DNA of 64,000 nt from Haliotis rufescens (Eukaryota): assembly GCF_023055435.1 (NCBI RefSeq), contig NW_025964223.1, positions 44,020,001 to 44,084,000 of the forward strand, given 5' to 3'. Of the stretch, positions 12,167 to 26,600 are shown in pieces. A program made the translations under genes and the position numbers. Position 1 is the first letter of the stretch. The number at the start of each line of letters is the position of its first letter. Under the pieces are notes generated by a model. That model was not told the DNA's origin and searched no databases. It saw only the letters and a list, made by a program, of their open reading frames with translations.

Positions 12167-12428
12167 GTGAGTGAGTGAGTTGGGTTTAACGGCGCTTTTA
12201 ACAGTATTCCAGTTATATCACGGCGTGTCAGCTTAATGTGGGAGGAAAGCCCGAAGTGATGCAGGTCTCACACGTTTACCACTTCGGTGAAACACACGAG
12301 CACGGGTATGGTGCTGACAAACCTAGAAACATAATCGAGGCGAACCGGGATTCGAACCCACAATCATAGGTTTCTGGCGTGCCCAAGGGAATCGCGGCGC
12401 CTTAGACGACTTGGCCACCCATGCCCCC
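12167..12428 (-). mobile_element. SINE family C (duplicated copy with an internal deletion)
   Basis: Counterpart of 1156-1435. Confidence 0.8.
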
Positions 12429-14258
12429 ATAAATTATATTATATATGCAAAGACTTGGATTGTGTACGTGCTGGTTTAAATTCAGTGTTGGGTGGAATTA
12501 AACGGTACAACAAACATATATACTTATACACAGTGTTCGCTTCTCCTGATAGTGTAAAGATACATGGATGAGACAGAGAAGTCACCCTGTGTGACATAAA
12601 ACTGTAGGTAATGTTTATGTGCATGTACTTAGTCGGCGTAATAACATATTGCAAAAGTGTAAGAATCGTCGATATTGTAAGAACCATAACTGTAATAGAG
12701 ATGCATGGAGTTAGATATACGTGTGTCATTTGTGTTTCGAAGGAAAGGTCACAATCATCAGCAGGCCTTATCGTTTTTATCCCCAGTTTAAATTGTCATG
12801 TCATTGTACCCCTTTCTGTGCAATAATAAATGGCAAGTCATTTCGATCAGATGTTCTTTGCAGCTATTTCTATAACAGCTATTTTACCCTGTTTTGCCAT
12901 TTAGGCCAAATGGAATCTGACAGGTTATTTATTCTCTTACATTTACAATGTATATATACACTGACTAAATATCCAGGCGTGTTATCTATTCTTTGTCAAG
13001 GTAGAATTCAGCTTTATGGAATAGATAATTCTTGACGAAGAGATAAGAATCTTGTCCGATGTGGACATATGCATGCATGCCTATAAACATATACACTTAA
13101 AGAATTCCTTGTATTTCTGACAATTACGCAGATGTGGAGTGTTTATGCTCAGTATTCCAGTTATGTGACGGTGTATAAGCCTAATATGGGAAGAAAGCCC
13201 AAAGTGACACAGGTCTTGGACTTTCATCACTTTGGTACAAACCTCATTGACAAATGATCATAATCAGGGAATATTTGGGATTCGAACCAACGATCATCGA
13301 TCATGACACTAATGACACAACTCTACACAGCGAATAACGACTGGGCCACTTCGTGTCTTCCTGTCATTTAAAAAAAATAAGTTGTTCCAGTAGATACTTG
13401 AAACAAAGAAATTGGCCTCAGATTTTAGACAGTAGAGTTTCTTTACGCTGGAGATGCTGGTATTCTCGGAAATCAACTGTGTTCGGCTTCTCCTTTCGTT
13501 GCATTATTTAGTATGTTTTGAAGCTATGACCCAAGATTGTCAGTGTTGTCTTGTTATACAGTGAGTGTCAGGTCCCAGAGAAGGATGCGAGTAGAATCAG
13601 TCACACGGGATGGGTGTTGTTGGAGTTCATCCTGACACGGGACTTTTAATTGTACGAGAATATACATGTCATTCAGTGGTGCACTTATTCACTGCAGTGT
13701 CCCTGGTTATCAAATACAGCTTGCACTAGATCACATAACACATTTCAGAATATTTCTGTCACATGAGTAGAGTTACTGAGCGATAATCCATGGTTAGAGA
13801 ACCTGCTTGAACTTAACGCTAAACAGATTTGTGTCAGTAAAATTAGAATAGACATTGGCAAATATCAGTCTTGGCATGATTAAGAGCAATTGGTATAGTT
13901 TAAAATAATTTCGTTGCAAATATGACTCGAACTGGGTAAACATATTAAACAACTAAGAAAAACGTCTATATGTTACATATATTTATGCTTTATACTAAGA
14001 TAAGTCTAACAATGTTTAATATTGGATACATTTGCTTGAAATATCCATCAACGCTAAGTACCACAATCAAAATACGTCTTTCTTTACCTTTCCGTATGGA
14101 AATACTTGGCAGTGGACATCTACAAAAGAATTACGGGAATATTGTACTGCCGAAACCTAACTGAAGATATTTCTATTATTGCACCATACACCAAACTGAT
14201 TACTTCAAATGAAGATAGCGAGACATATCTCAATATCCATACAAATGGTTGAGTAGAA

Positions 14259-14407
14259 TACAGAAAACCCTCTTTAGTCGAGACCCGACTGGTCCGGAAA
14301 TCAAGGCCCCTAAAACATTACACTCTGATCAATATTAGTTAACGCTGGAAACGCCTACCCGGGCGATTTATTAGGAAATATAGTCTGCATATCGAGGCTT
14401 CACTGTA
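14259..14407. mobile_element. Short TA-flanked MITE (Tc1/pogo-type ends)
   Basis: Imperfect TIRs tacagaaaacccctc ... gaggcttcactgta. Confidence 0.5.
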
Positions 14408-14624
14408 TATGTTTGTGGGATATCAGACTATACACAAAGGACAGATTGGTTATCATGCAAAGAGTTATTAGCATTTGTAACAAACCCTACTTGGCATAAC
14501 TCGAAGGCTGCTATACATGTACAAGAATGGTATTCAGTATCATAGAACCATCTACTCCCTGATTGTAAGTCAATATCACCCTGAGAAATTCACTACAGAG
14601 AAGAACATCTAAAATTAGATTATC

Positions 14625-17599
14625 ATGGACGTATTGTTGACTCTCGTTGTCCTCACACTGCCGTCAGTAAGCTCAGGTAAGATTTCAGCCATATACTAGC
14701 AACTTATACACTGTGTAACAGGCGCTCAGTCAACATTGCTCGTCATGTGTCAGTGATCTATATATACTGGTTTTGTACGTATGCCACCCAGACATTAGGT
14801 TATCTATCGGTGTGTAAACTATCTACAAGTGAGTAGATGTCCGAGTTGCTTATAAAGACCCCTGATAGTTTACACGTTTTTATTTGTTGAACGAGTTCAT
14901 TGCAGTACATATGCTAAGTGTTCTATAAAATTTGAGACTCTATGTGTTGTTAGTCAGAGAACATAATAAGATCTAATAAAATGTGTAATGGGCGCTCAGT
15001 CAAGCAGTCAACGAGGACCATAAGCCACTGTGTTTGACATCAGTATATTTTTACCCAACGGGTTAGAAATAACGGCATTCGTAAATATCGTATGTCCACT
15101 CAAGAGAATGCTCATCTTATATCAACTGAATTGTTTTACGATATAAGCACTAGAGGTTTTAGAACTCGGGACGTATGAATTGTATGTGGTTTTGTAAGTA
15201 CATTTATATGTGAAGAGGCTTGGGACAATAATCCAAAAATGTGTATCTGGGTTTCTGTTTTATGTGTACTTGAAGTAATGTACCTCCATGTAACTGTTGG
15301 GTGTGGTAATTAAATCATAACGGTTGATTTACTGTCAAGGTCTACAGACCTGCTCTTCTGGGACCGAGAACAGCTCTTCTGGGACCGAGACCAGCTCTAA
15401 CCAAGTCATACTGGATGTGTCTTCAGCTCAGATCAACACAGGGGGGAAGGATGTGTTCCTGTAGGCTGACTGTTTCACAGACAGCACAGGTGGAGATGTT
15501 CCCTATTGGCTGGTCACAACAGTGTGATACATACATGACTATACAGAGGTGGAAAACGAGTACACAGTGTACAAATGGTGTTGTTCAAACTCTAACACTG
15601 TCTAAAACTGTCCCCACGGGTGAGGAGATTTGGATACTGGTGGTGGCTGCAAGACCTGGAGCCAGACTGTTGGGGCAGCTGCTGCTCAAGCTTAAGTCAT
15701 CATCAGGTATGTACACACACACCTCAGATTAAATAAAAATGGTTCTATCATCATCAATCAAATAGACATCTGATCATGACATGTGTTTACTTCCATGTAT
15801 GTTATATTCAGATCCCATCACTTGAAATATAATAATCATGATTCAATGACAGCACTTAAATATTGAGGAGTAGTTTGTGTCCTGAAGCTTTTATTAAGTC
15901 AAGTAACATGCTCAATGAAGATACTCGGTATGGGGTTGAGGTATGGCATCAACAAAGTATAGCTAAACAAAGTAATATGACAAGACCCAAATGCAATGTA
16001 GAACATGTGTGCCTCAATTAAACTAAAGTTATTGTGACATAAATAGCAGTTTGGCTGGGGAATCAAGGGCGGATCCAGCATTTTTAAAAGGGAGGGTTCC
16101 AAAATATCAAAACGCTCTCAGATAAATTTCTGCCTACAACATACTACATTTGGTTTTAAACAGACAAGCTTTCTTTAGAGTGCTTTGAGCCAAACACCAA
16201 CGGTTCTACAACCAATACTCCCTCAACAACCATCCAAACAACCCAGCCAATGACAATGACTGCTGATGCAATTACATCCTTATTAACAACTACAAAGGGA
16301 TGGACCAGACCTAAGCCGAATACAATCAATACTCCCTCAACAACCCAAACAACCCAGCCAATGACAACAACTGCTGAGGCAATTAATTACATCCTTATTT
16401 ACAACTGCAAAGGGATGGACCAGACTAAAACCTAACAGGCGCACAGAATCATTCACAGCTATTCCATACGAAAGTCACAGTCAACGTCAAAGTGAAACGT
16501 CTCCTGATTCTTTCAGTAATAGACCTAATATGGCTAACTGTACTTGCAAGAGTGTTCAACCATGTGGTGCAGTTGGCCTATCTGATGGCAGTCAGGATGT
16601 TTTCCCAAGTATGACATTTAACACATGAGTGAGTGAGTGAGTCTGTTTGATATTACGCTGCTTTCAGCAATATTCCAACAATATCAAGGCGGGGGACACC
16701 AGAAATGTGGTTCACACATTGTACCCATGTCAGGAATCGAACTCGGGCGTGACGAGTGAACGCTTTAACCACTAGGCTACCTGACCACTCTTTAACACTA
16801 TGATGGAATTTATGGTTTCAATCGAAGCTTTCTATGTCCCTTATATTAATCAATCAGATTCCACTTCTCTTATTACCTGCACTTGCTTCAAATAAAAAGA
16901 AGGCGCCTAGTCAAGACGATCTGATCGATAATCAAAATCTATATTGTAATCAAACGGTTTTTTTCTCTCGAGGTGCATCAAATAATGTGAGCACCTTGAT
17001 TAAAATCATAAAAAGATTTGGAAAAGATTTGGAAAATATCTGTCAATGCCCAGCTGATGGTACACAACATTTTGGTCTTGACAATCATTTTGTTTATAAT
17101 TACAGGTGACATATTTGCTGCAGGAATAGCCACTGGTGGCGGAGTGGCCATTATAGTTCAAGTCATCTACTTCTTCATCATAAAGTATGGACCATTCACA
17201 GATTTTCCATTTATTCTCAATACATCCACAAAAGGGTGTTACAAAAAATATTCATTGTATATGTCATTTACTAGCAATATGATGTATGTAAGATATATGT
17301 GTACATTTCACAAACATCATTCCTGTCGTGTTCATTTTGTGAAATGTGCTATAGATGAAAACAATAATTCTATGTCAATACTAGTGAAGGTTCCTTTGTC
17401 TCACATCATGCGTATAACTCTGACATATTCCAGACCAAGATGCAGGACATCCTGCCGTAAGAGTCCTGCTGACTTCCCTGTGTCTGAGGACCATCCCACG
17501 TATGCTGGCTTCAGCAACAGAGCTGTGGATACAGGCAACAACTATGATGTACTTAGTCCTGCACAGGTCATCACCAACCCCTACACGAATGAACAATAG
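14625..17599 (+). pseudogene. Receptor gene 1: type I membrane protein (Cys ectodomain, Thr-rich stalk, TM, Tyr-motif tail) with two frameshifts
   Basis: Exons 14625-14676 (MDVLLTLVVLTLPSVSS, donor gtaaga), 15340-15706 (Cys domain, clearly paralogous to 26586-26945), 16164-~16515 (KLSLECFEPN + stalk with a duplicated T/P repeat), 17106-17184 (TM IFAAGIATGGGVAIIVQVIYFFII) and 17434-17599 (tail with YAGF, YDVL, NPY). Lesions: an extra G in the G6 run at 15441-15446 and a 4-nt AATT duplication at ~16381-16388. Corrected length ~336 aa. The exon 3 donor is the least certain boundary. Confidence 0.75.
16625..16790 (-). mobile_element. SINE family B
   Basis: Reverse complement of family B with (GAGT)n. 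Confidence 0.75.
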
Positions 17600-19064
17600 A
17601 TACAATCTGCAGTGTGTGCTGTTACTATTAACTCTCACTTCCTGTTCCAAACTACTACTGACATTCTCCTCATGTTCAAGTTAATTCTTATTAGTGTTTA
17701 GCCTGTACACGAGGGTGGTACTTGTGTTGATAAACAGATGTGTGAACAGACACAGTACATATTAGTTAAAACACATTGTGTTGTATATGCTGCACAAGAA
17801 CAAATGTGATAAAGATACATTAAGACACTCATCCAGATCATAATATAGTTTTGAGCCTTCACAAAATGTTTTGCAGAATCCATGTTTAATATATATATAT
17901 AGAATGGAAAAAGACATGTGTGCACATAAACATACACCTTGTCATGTCAATGAATGTCAAATGAAATACCAGTACACTGTCAGGTGGACACACAGCTAAA
18001 AGAGTGGTGTCTGTGGTAGACTCGGATTGAAGTCAGTGCCTGATAGGGAGTGGAGGGTATGGGATTATCACTAATAACATGGTGCCTGTGCCAAGACAGG
18101 GATAATAATGAGTGTAGCATGGTACACACTGCTTCAATTCAAAGAGTTGATGTTCATCCATATGCAAGATTCAGCTTTCAATAAATATTACCAATATGCT
18201 ACATATTATAACCCTAATAACAGTTGCTGAATTGTGCATCCTGGAGCTTACCTACAGACTGATTGTATTGTAGAATCAGATAAAAACATCCAAACAATTG
18301 GAACAAATATTTATTCATATAATTTGAAACAAAAATTGTGAACAAACTTAAGAAAGATATTTTTGTGAGATTTCCTATGCATAGTTTCTACAACATTTCA
18401 TTTGTAGTGATATTATATTCAAAACCTGTTATGAAAAATAAATGAAAATAAACAACCAGCAAACTAGTTTTTACATTCTTTGCCCAAATTACTCATATTT
18501 CTATTTCACTTTAATGTTTCACATCTTTTCTCATACGACATCTAAGCAGGAACATGTGCGGAATCATCATAATAAATTCAGAGGCATGTAAGACACTTCT
18601 GACCACTAATACACTGCTGTACAGTCTTCTATCTGTGTGACCTAAAACAGAAAGAAACTGGATAAAACAAACATCTTTTGTTCTTTTGTTTTTAAAAATA
18701 CTATCTAAATTACAAATCAATAATTCATATTTCTTTGATACTTAAAGTGTTACAATGTTTCCTTGTCATGGATATGTTGTTTGTCATGTCAGCTTCATGA
18801 CGACCATACCATAGTGCACTGGGTCCACACCAGTTCCATACAGATGAGACTTCTGATGTAAAGATTCTGCTGACACTAAAAAATGATCACAGCCAAAAAC
18901 ATAAATTATATTATTCCTTCTGCAAATTTTTGAATTCACCACAAAAAGCAAATGAGTGATATGTGTCATACTACAAGACCATAGTTTACAATAGGTGACA
19001 TGATAAGCTAAACTGACATAACATCTGTTATGACTACAGGTAAGGATAGATGTCTCCAGGCAAG

Positions 19065-19275
19065 CTATGTTCTAAGGGGTGACTAACTGGATTGAATGGT
19101 CAGACTTGGTGACCTGGTTGATTGCACATCATCCTCTTCCCATTTGTGTAGATTGATGCTCGTGAAGTCAATCACTGGACTGTCTGGTCTAGACTCAATG
19201 ATTTACAGAATGCTGTCATATAACTAGAAAAATTGCTGAGAGCGGCACTAAATAGCAAACAAAACAAATAAAACA
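19065..19275 (+). mobile_element. SINE family A, diverged
   Basis: ggtcagacttggtgacctggttg...cactggactgtctggtctagactc...A-rich tail. Confidence 0.65.
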
Positions 19276-20456
19276 ACTAATAGTATACACATTGCAACAT
19301 CTTCAGAACAAAAATAACAATGTGAAGAGTCCATTCTATTTTACTTTTTTTCACAGACTCAGCAAGCTTTTTTAAACCTGTGTGGTGCATTCTTACACTG
19401 CCTACACCAGGTTTACCTTGGTTACCTAGCTAGACTACAAACAAAGTAGGCTTACAAAACAGATAAGGTAACCAAGGAAACATCATAATAAATCACTAGA
19501 AAATGATGCAACAAGAATACAGTGTAGCAACAACTTGTGAGTTGATTTATATGATTATGAATGCTGTGAGTGACCTGATTACAATACTGTCATATGATCA
19601 ATATTTATCAGATAGTTGCTTTCCCTACATGCCCCTGTAGTCAAGTGTCACTTTCAGCCACCCTGGCTGAAAATATGTCAAGGTTAAGGGCCAATCTTGA
19701 ATTGTATTTGTTCAAATAGTGAATTTTAAACCACAAAGAAGTGACTGAGATATCCCATGTCTTGATAACAAGCACATATGTGTTCAGTTTAGCCTGAGCA
19801 TTTAAGAGTTGCCACGAAGCTGATGACTGTCCAGTCAAAGTGTACATGTACCTGTCTAGTTGTGACAGCGGTAGTGTAAGATATTTCACCAATATTTCTT
19901 ATTCAGGATCACAGGACAGTACATACCTGCTGACTCAGACATGATGCTTAGTGTGATGTTTAAGCCTGTCTCTAGCATCCATTCAGCTGTTTTGACAGTG
20001 CAACCATCAACATCTTCAGTCTTCTTGTTTAACTACTGAATACTATGAGTGCTATAACAGAAACTATATGGCTTGTTTGGTGACTGCTCTCAACAAAGCT
20101 CTAGCCATATGATGGCTACCCAGAATTAATTTAGTTACAAATCAGTGATTCACGATACACAATCAATCACGTCACCAAACCTCGGACCACATGATCCATC
20201 TAGTTGCCTTGCATGACAGGCATAGTTAGGCACCAATTCTTACCCACAATCCCCATGGACAAAACAATATCCATAAACTAATCTGTAATAACAATAATTA
20301 TCTTTAGGATGAAGCAAACATATTTTGGTTTTCAGAAGGATCGAAATATGTGGGTTGGTCACCACACAAATCAAACATAAAAATAACTGGCCTTGGGATA
20401 GTGGGTGGATGGTTATCTCAAACACACTCAAACATCATTCATTAATAAATGCTTAT

Positions 20457-20770
20457 AGGTGAGGTGAAGTGAGGTGAGGTATGATATCACATTCAAAATT
20501 GTTGCATGCATGCATGTGCATGTGTGGTGTGGTGGGGGCTGCTTGTAGCAGTCTGGTCTTATCAAATGCTGGTAGTAGGGTGCTAGCCTGCTGAGATACA
20601 GTATGGAGTTGACCAGTATTTGTTTTAACAATTTAATGCCAAGTGTCAGGCACAATAACAATAACTACCATAATTTAATGTATTTTAGTATGACAAGGCC
20701 AGGCAATGAACCATCAACATTCTGCTGTCTGGGCACAATGCTCTATCCACTACTACCACAGCAGCAGCCC
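20457..20770 (-). mobile_element. SINE family D, diverged
   Basis: (GGTGA)n tail and family D body. Confidence 0.6.
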
Positions 20771-21207
20771 ACTAGTGAGTTCATCCACAACAAAACATAT
20801 TGAAGAAGTTGTAAAATGCCTACAAACCATATGAGTGCAAACTCCTCATAAGCATACAATGCCAGAGCTGAACACCTTTGAACCTATGGAAAATGTAATA
20901 CACTGAATACACAATTAATACTTAGGACACAGTGATATAGAATGGTAATTTTCGATACATTAAAGGCATTGACAAAACTTATCAAATTGTTTAAAGATGA
21001 TGAATAACTACTATGGTCAACCTACCTCAATTGAAACCCGTATCAGTCATACAATACTAGCTGGTGGCTGTAATGTGTGTAACCTGAGCAATAAACATTT
21101 TGAATGACAACCTATGTGAACACTGATAATATCATGTATTATAGACTGACACAGTACAGGGGTTGTTAAGACGCCCTTAAACTTGTTAATACAATCAATA
21201 ACTTACA

Positions 21208-21376
21208 GGAGCAGTCGGGTAGCCTAGTGGTTAAAGCGTTCGCTTGTCACGCCAAAGACCCGGGTTCGATTCCCGACATGGGTACAATGTGTGAAGCCCA
21301 TTCCTGGTGTCCCCTGCCATGATATTGCTGGAATATTGCTAAAAGCGGCGTAAAACCATACTCACTCACTCACTCA
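21208..21376 (+). mobile_element. tRNA-derived SINE family B, full length
   Basis: A box tagcctagtgg, B box ggttcgattcc, (ACTC)n tail, TSD-like taacttaca/taactaaca. Confidence 0.85.
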
Positions 21377-22829
21377 GTAACTAACAAACCACAATATTTT
21401 CATCTTGTTTTGGGGAGAGTCCTAACATTTATGAAAATTGATGAGAAAAAACATCAATTATCAGTACAGTATACATCATAGCACAGGATACTTACAATAA
21501 CAACGTTTTGCTATGGACCTAATGAAATAAAAAGCAAATCAATGTACAGTGAAATATGCATAAATGAGTTCAATGCATCACCGACTTGAATAGCCCACTT
21601 GCCAGAAGTCACCATAAAGCTATACACAAAGTATCAGCCTCTATCAGCCAATGCTGTCTCCTTATGCACCATTCAAAGCTGTTCACATGCTGATAGTCAG
21701 GAGGAAGCATGAATGATACAATTTAATGCATCATCACACCAAATATAAAGAGCAAATAAGTGATTATCACATTGACTTGTGTAAATATTTTCTCTGCTGT
21801 TTGCAGGGCCTATATGAGTGCTTCTGTGAGATATCAAGTGTTGAGATGGTCGAGTTGGGTAAAACACAGTAGAGACATCAGCTATACAGACCTGTTCTGC
21901 AAGTTTCTAATAATAATGTTTCTACCCGCCCGGTATAATCAATACCAATAAACTTCCTGATCCCAGTGAGAGACACAACTTGATACTTACTTACCGTATA
22001 CTGGAGGGAAATATCAACACAGTATTCTACTCTTTCAACTGTATTTCTTTTGAATAAAAAATGCTCTGTAATTTTTTTGTACTTGAGATATATGTATCAT
22101 TTTTAATTACCCCGTAATTGCACTGTATCTATTTTTGGCACTCTAATCAGTAATATTTTCACTTTGATTGTGTGAAAGTGATCTTCCGTTCCAAGATATT
22201 TACAATACAATACATATGTACAGTCATAAACATTGTCATATGTCAGACTACAACAGAGAAACCTTCTTGTCACATGGAAATGTTTTCATGTGTTGAGCGA
22301 GTGAGTGAGTGATTGTTGCTGTCAGCAACACTCCAGGTATAGGACTACATCCAGAAAATAATAATCAGATCTTGACCATGAAAGCATGAGCAAGGATCCA
22401 TGACACTTGGTCAAAATGACATGCAGTGAGTCATCCAGGGAGGAGAGGAAGTGGAGGGTGTTCTGGGTGTGGCCACACACCCCTTTTTACATCTGATATT
22501 TTGCATGTGCATGATACCATCCTACCATGCCTGACAACCTAATCCATAGGTTCATTTGACTCTTACAACAGACATAGGTTACTGGGGACCTTTCTACCCC
22601 ATAATTCTAATGAGGACAATTTCTTTATTATGTTCAGTTGGTAATCTGATAATGTGCTATGGCTAATTTTGCATACCTTCCATACTAAAATGTATAGCAA
22701 ACAAAATATATAAACCACCAGCAAATTTGTAATATGATAATATACTATAGAATGATCATATTGGGTTTTGATACATGCATGTTAGCTAACTTGGACCTTG
22801 GGAGTTTTATGTACATATAGGATCTACTT

Positions 22830-23062
22830 TGTTTCCGGAGAGTCGAGAGTTCAGGTGGGTTTCATACCGACTGATTCAAACCAAAAGATGGTACTTGTTG
22901 TTGCCCTGCCTGGCCCTTGGGTATAAGGGAACAAAACAAGTACTGGTCACCTCGGAGTCAGTATACTGTGTGTGCGGTATTCCTGTTAAAACTGCAGCAT
23001 GGTATCTTGCACTATAAAACTAGCATTAGTCTGGACTAGTACAAGCAGATACAAACACACAC
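22830..23062 (+). mobile_element. SINE family D, partial
   Basis: aaaagatggtacttgttgttgccctgcctggc...ggactagtacaagc. Confidence 0.65.
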
Positions 23063-23609
23063 AAAATATGAATAAAACTACCAATAACTTGTAAAAATAC
23101 ATCTTTTGGATTTAAAAAAATAATTTTAAAGAAGTAAACAGGTTTTTTTTAGTGTTTCTTTGAATGTTAAGTTATAACAGAGTTACTTCCCTTCCCATAT
23201 TGATCTTCTACATTGTATACTGAATTGTCTTGACAGGTTTGGCAGAGAGGAACAAGGAAAATTTAGGTTATAAGACTTCTAAACCAAGTTATACAAAACT
23301 CCACCCGACAAGGAGACAAGTATAGAATTGTGTTCTTTGACAACCACAGATGCATTTATTGCATACAATGCGGTAGTGGTGTACCCTTTCAGTGAGCATG
23401 TAAGTGTGTGTATGAGCCCTGCATGTGGTAGTGGTGCTCACTTGACTGCCAGATTACACACTCAGTAGTCCATGAATGCCTATGATGGCTGGCCTGTAGT
23501 CTCCTAGCCTGTCCAGGAGTGGAGGAGACAGGTGCTATAATCTAGACATCACTGGTCCCATGTTGTAGTCGTGTGAGCGGACTGCTCCGTGGATGGTTAC
23601 ATAGACAGC

Positions 23610-26600
23610 ATGGGGATCTCTCACTGTGGAGGAGGGCAGGGTGTCACTTGGCTGATTCTGCTGCTTATGTACATCTTTAGGGATGTCACATCAGGTAGGA
23701 AAAACACACTTCACAGATGTGATTTGTAAATACAAAAATGATTATTTTATTTACTTCTGTAAGGATATAATAGACATACATAAAAGTACATCTCTATGTA
23801 TCTGGTGATGTTGAAATGTTGGTTATTTAAAGCATATACCCAATTATAATTATTGATATCAGTTTAAGGTGATGAATGTTTCATATAGATATTGTAATGG
23901 CGTATATTTATATTATACTTTCTATAAACCATATCGTCAAAGGAAGCAGCTTTTATATTCTATAGTATACACATTATATACAGAGTTCCAAATCAACTTG
24001 TATCCTGTGGACTAACACATTTTAATGAAAAATCTCCCTACAATCATAATAATAGTAATAACATAACAATAAAAAATCTCCCCCGTTTCAATACACACAT
24101 ATATACACAAAATTTGTTTAAAATAGATAATTGACAGAAAAATCACCATCCTTACTCGTAACCTATTACTGACACTTGAAAGATTTGTTCAACAACTCAG
24201 ATAGGAGAGGGAGGTAGCCAGGAATTGTAACACTATATTCTTTATGTTTAATGCAAGAACATCATGGTTAAGTCTATTGCCCTTCTTGGCATGTTCAGAT
24301 CATTAGATGAACAGATACATTCAGATCTGTGTATAACAATAACATTACAGGCAGTATCTTTTGATGGTTTCTATCTCCATCATGTTATTGGGCCAGGTGA
24401 CAATGTCAGGATACCATTAGCCATCTATTATGAACTAGAGACAGAATGAGTTTGGTTTAACAGTGCTTTACACAGTATTTCAGTTATATCACAGCATGTC
24501 AGATTGATGCTGGAGAAAAGCCTGTTCAGTCTTAAACATTTACCACTTTGGTGAAACCCATGAGCACCTATTGAATGATACAGTTTGGTGGAGTTCAGGC
24601 AATCTTATTAATCTTTTTCTCATTTCAAGAATAATTAAACATGTCCACATGAATAAAACCTTTGAAACTCACCTCTAAATATTTCCATCCCCATTTTCAA
24701 ACTTATCCTAAAGCCAAATAGATATGTCTTCAAGACATATGATTCGGCATTATGCAACATGCATATTGTGTTCATTATACATTCAGTCAGATTTTCCTCT
24801 TCATTGTTGTAACCTGGTGATTCTATTTTGTTTGAAGTCTATGATGTCATACATTATATTTTGACATTATTATGGGCATGGGTGGATGATTTATCTTAGG
24901 CACTGCAATTTGGTGTGCAGAGTTGCATCTCTAAGTTGGGCCAGGAACTTATGTTTATGGGTTTGAATCTGAGATTCACCCTCATTCTTATATTTCATGG
25001 TTTGTCACCACTATTCCCTTGCATCACTGATGATGTTAGGAATTAGATAATATATTTGTTCAACCTGATGTTGGTGATGACAAATAATGAATGACATATC
25101 TTCCATTGTTTGATATCACAAACAGTTCTCAAGATGAGAAAGATTGAGAATGAACTTACAAAAAGGTACATTTAACAGATAGTGCCTAACAGTAAAGCCA
25201 AATTTGATTGTAAAGAAATAATTGGCTTTTTGAGACTTGGACAGTGAACCGTGCTGTGATTAAATGTACATGTATTTGAGGTTCTGCCAAGAGACTAAAT
25301 ATGACCAGCCGTGTCTACATGTTATTGTAACCAGATATACCCATATCCACATTTATACAGCACATTTTAGCCTTTGATGCCCAGTTATGTTTCCTATTCT
25401 TTTCATAGACAAACATCAACATGTAAATATTTTCTAGGGTATCTTGCTCTTGCCATTTAATATTTCAACCCAATATATATTATGTTATTACCCTTAATAA
25501 ACTGAAACCTTAACATTCACCATAAACCACTGGATTTCATAAGCTAGATTTTACACACAAAAACGATCTACATGCATACAAATATGACTTTCAGTGACAT
25601 CAAAATGTCCCAATTGAAAGGTTTCAGAGCCATACAATAAAATAAGCCTGATGTTTTTATCAAATATCTAAAAAAACATGTCAAACATTACCCCAAACCT
25701 TCCAAATTCAGGATATCCCAAATAAAACGGTCTTGGTTTGTTGCTCTTGACTGTTATGTAATGACCAGTTGGATTTATTTATCTATTCTAGACAGGGTAC
25801 ACTATTTGTATCTACTACTGTTGCACAGTGGTATATAAACTGTAACCGTAACTAAAATGTGAACATCCCTTAAAATTACTGTTGTATGTGGGGAACTTAA
25901 CTCTCTTGATATTGATGAAGTAATTCAGAAAATAAATGTGGGGAATAAAATGTGAATATCTGCTAAAAAAAATGAAGAAACATAAATGTGACAAAATTAA
26001 CTAAATATGTTTTCAGATCTATTTGGTGCTATCAAACCTATCTGTCTATCAATATAGTCTAGCGCTCTACTGTAGCTCGCTATGGTTGCACCCTATTGCG
26101 ATGACCTAATGAATGATTTCAATAAATGTGTTCTACCTACGTCCGACCTTGACAAGCTATAAAATAAATCTGTTTAGTGTAGGTCTTATCACGAGGACAT
26201 ATCATGCAAATCTGTCCTTACCTCAAGTGAGTCCAATTTGCATCGTTTTGCACATGCTATGTTATACTTACGTTTTCTCTCCAATGCAAGTTGCATTCCA
26301 GCTGTGTTCTAGCTATCTGTTCATGCTTAAAATGTCTTCAAACCTATTACTATACTTTATTTAAACTATACTAAATTGAGAGATAGTTTTGACAATTCAT
26401 AAAAGTCCTCCAGTAACTTTATTTGCTTCTATTATAAAGTACTGTCCTTGAGAATGTGACTATTTCATCCACAAACAGAAGTAAAAACAATATCATATAT
26501 GACTGGTACAACACAGCAAAGATTGGATAATTTATTAATATGTCCCTATGAGGTTTATGATAAAATTACTTTTCTACTCTCCAAGATCTCCAGACATGTT

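Larger units (their letters stand above)
10830..14240 (+). repeat. Segmental duplication, copy 2
   Basis: See copy 1; contains the same family A and family C SINE insertions at the same positions. Confidence 0.9.

Noticed and set aside
17018-17599. 193-aa single-exon ORF from the track
   Set aside because: Chance read-through of an intron; only 17106-17184 and 17434-17599 match the paralog's exon structure.
21208-21280. tRNA genes (also the heads of family C and D elements)
   Set aside because: The A/B boxes continue into SINE bodies and simple-repeat tails, and the copies are dispersed and diverged.
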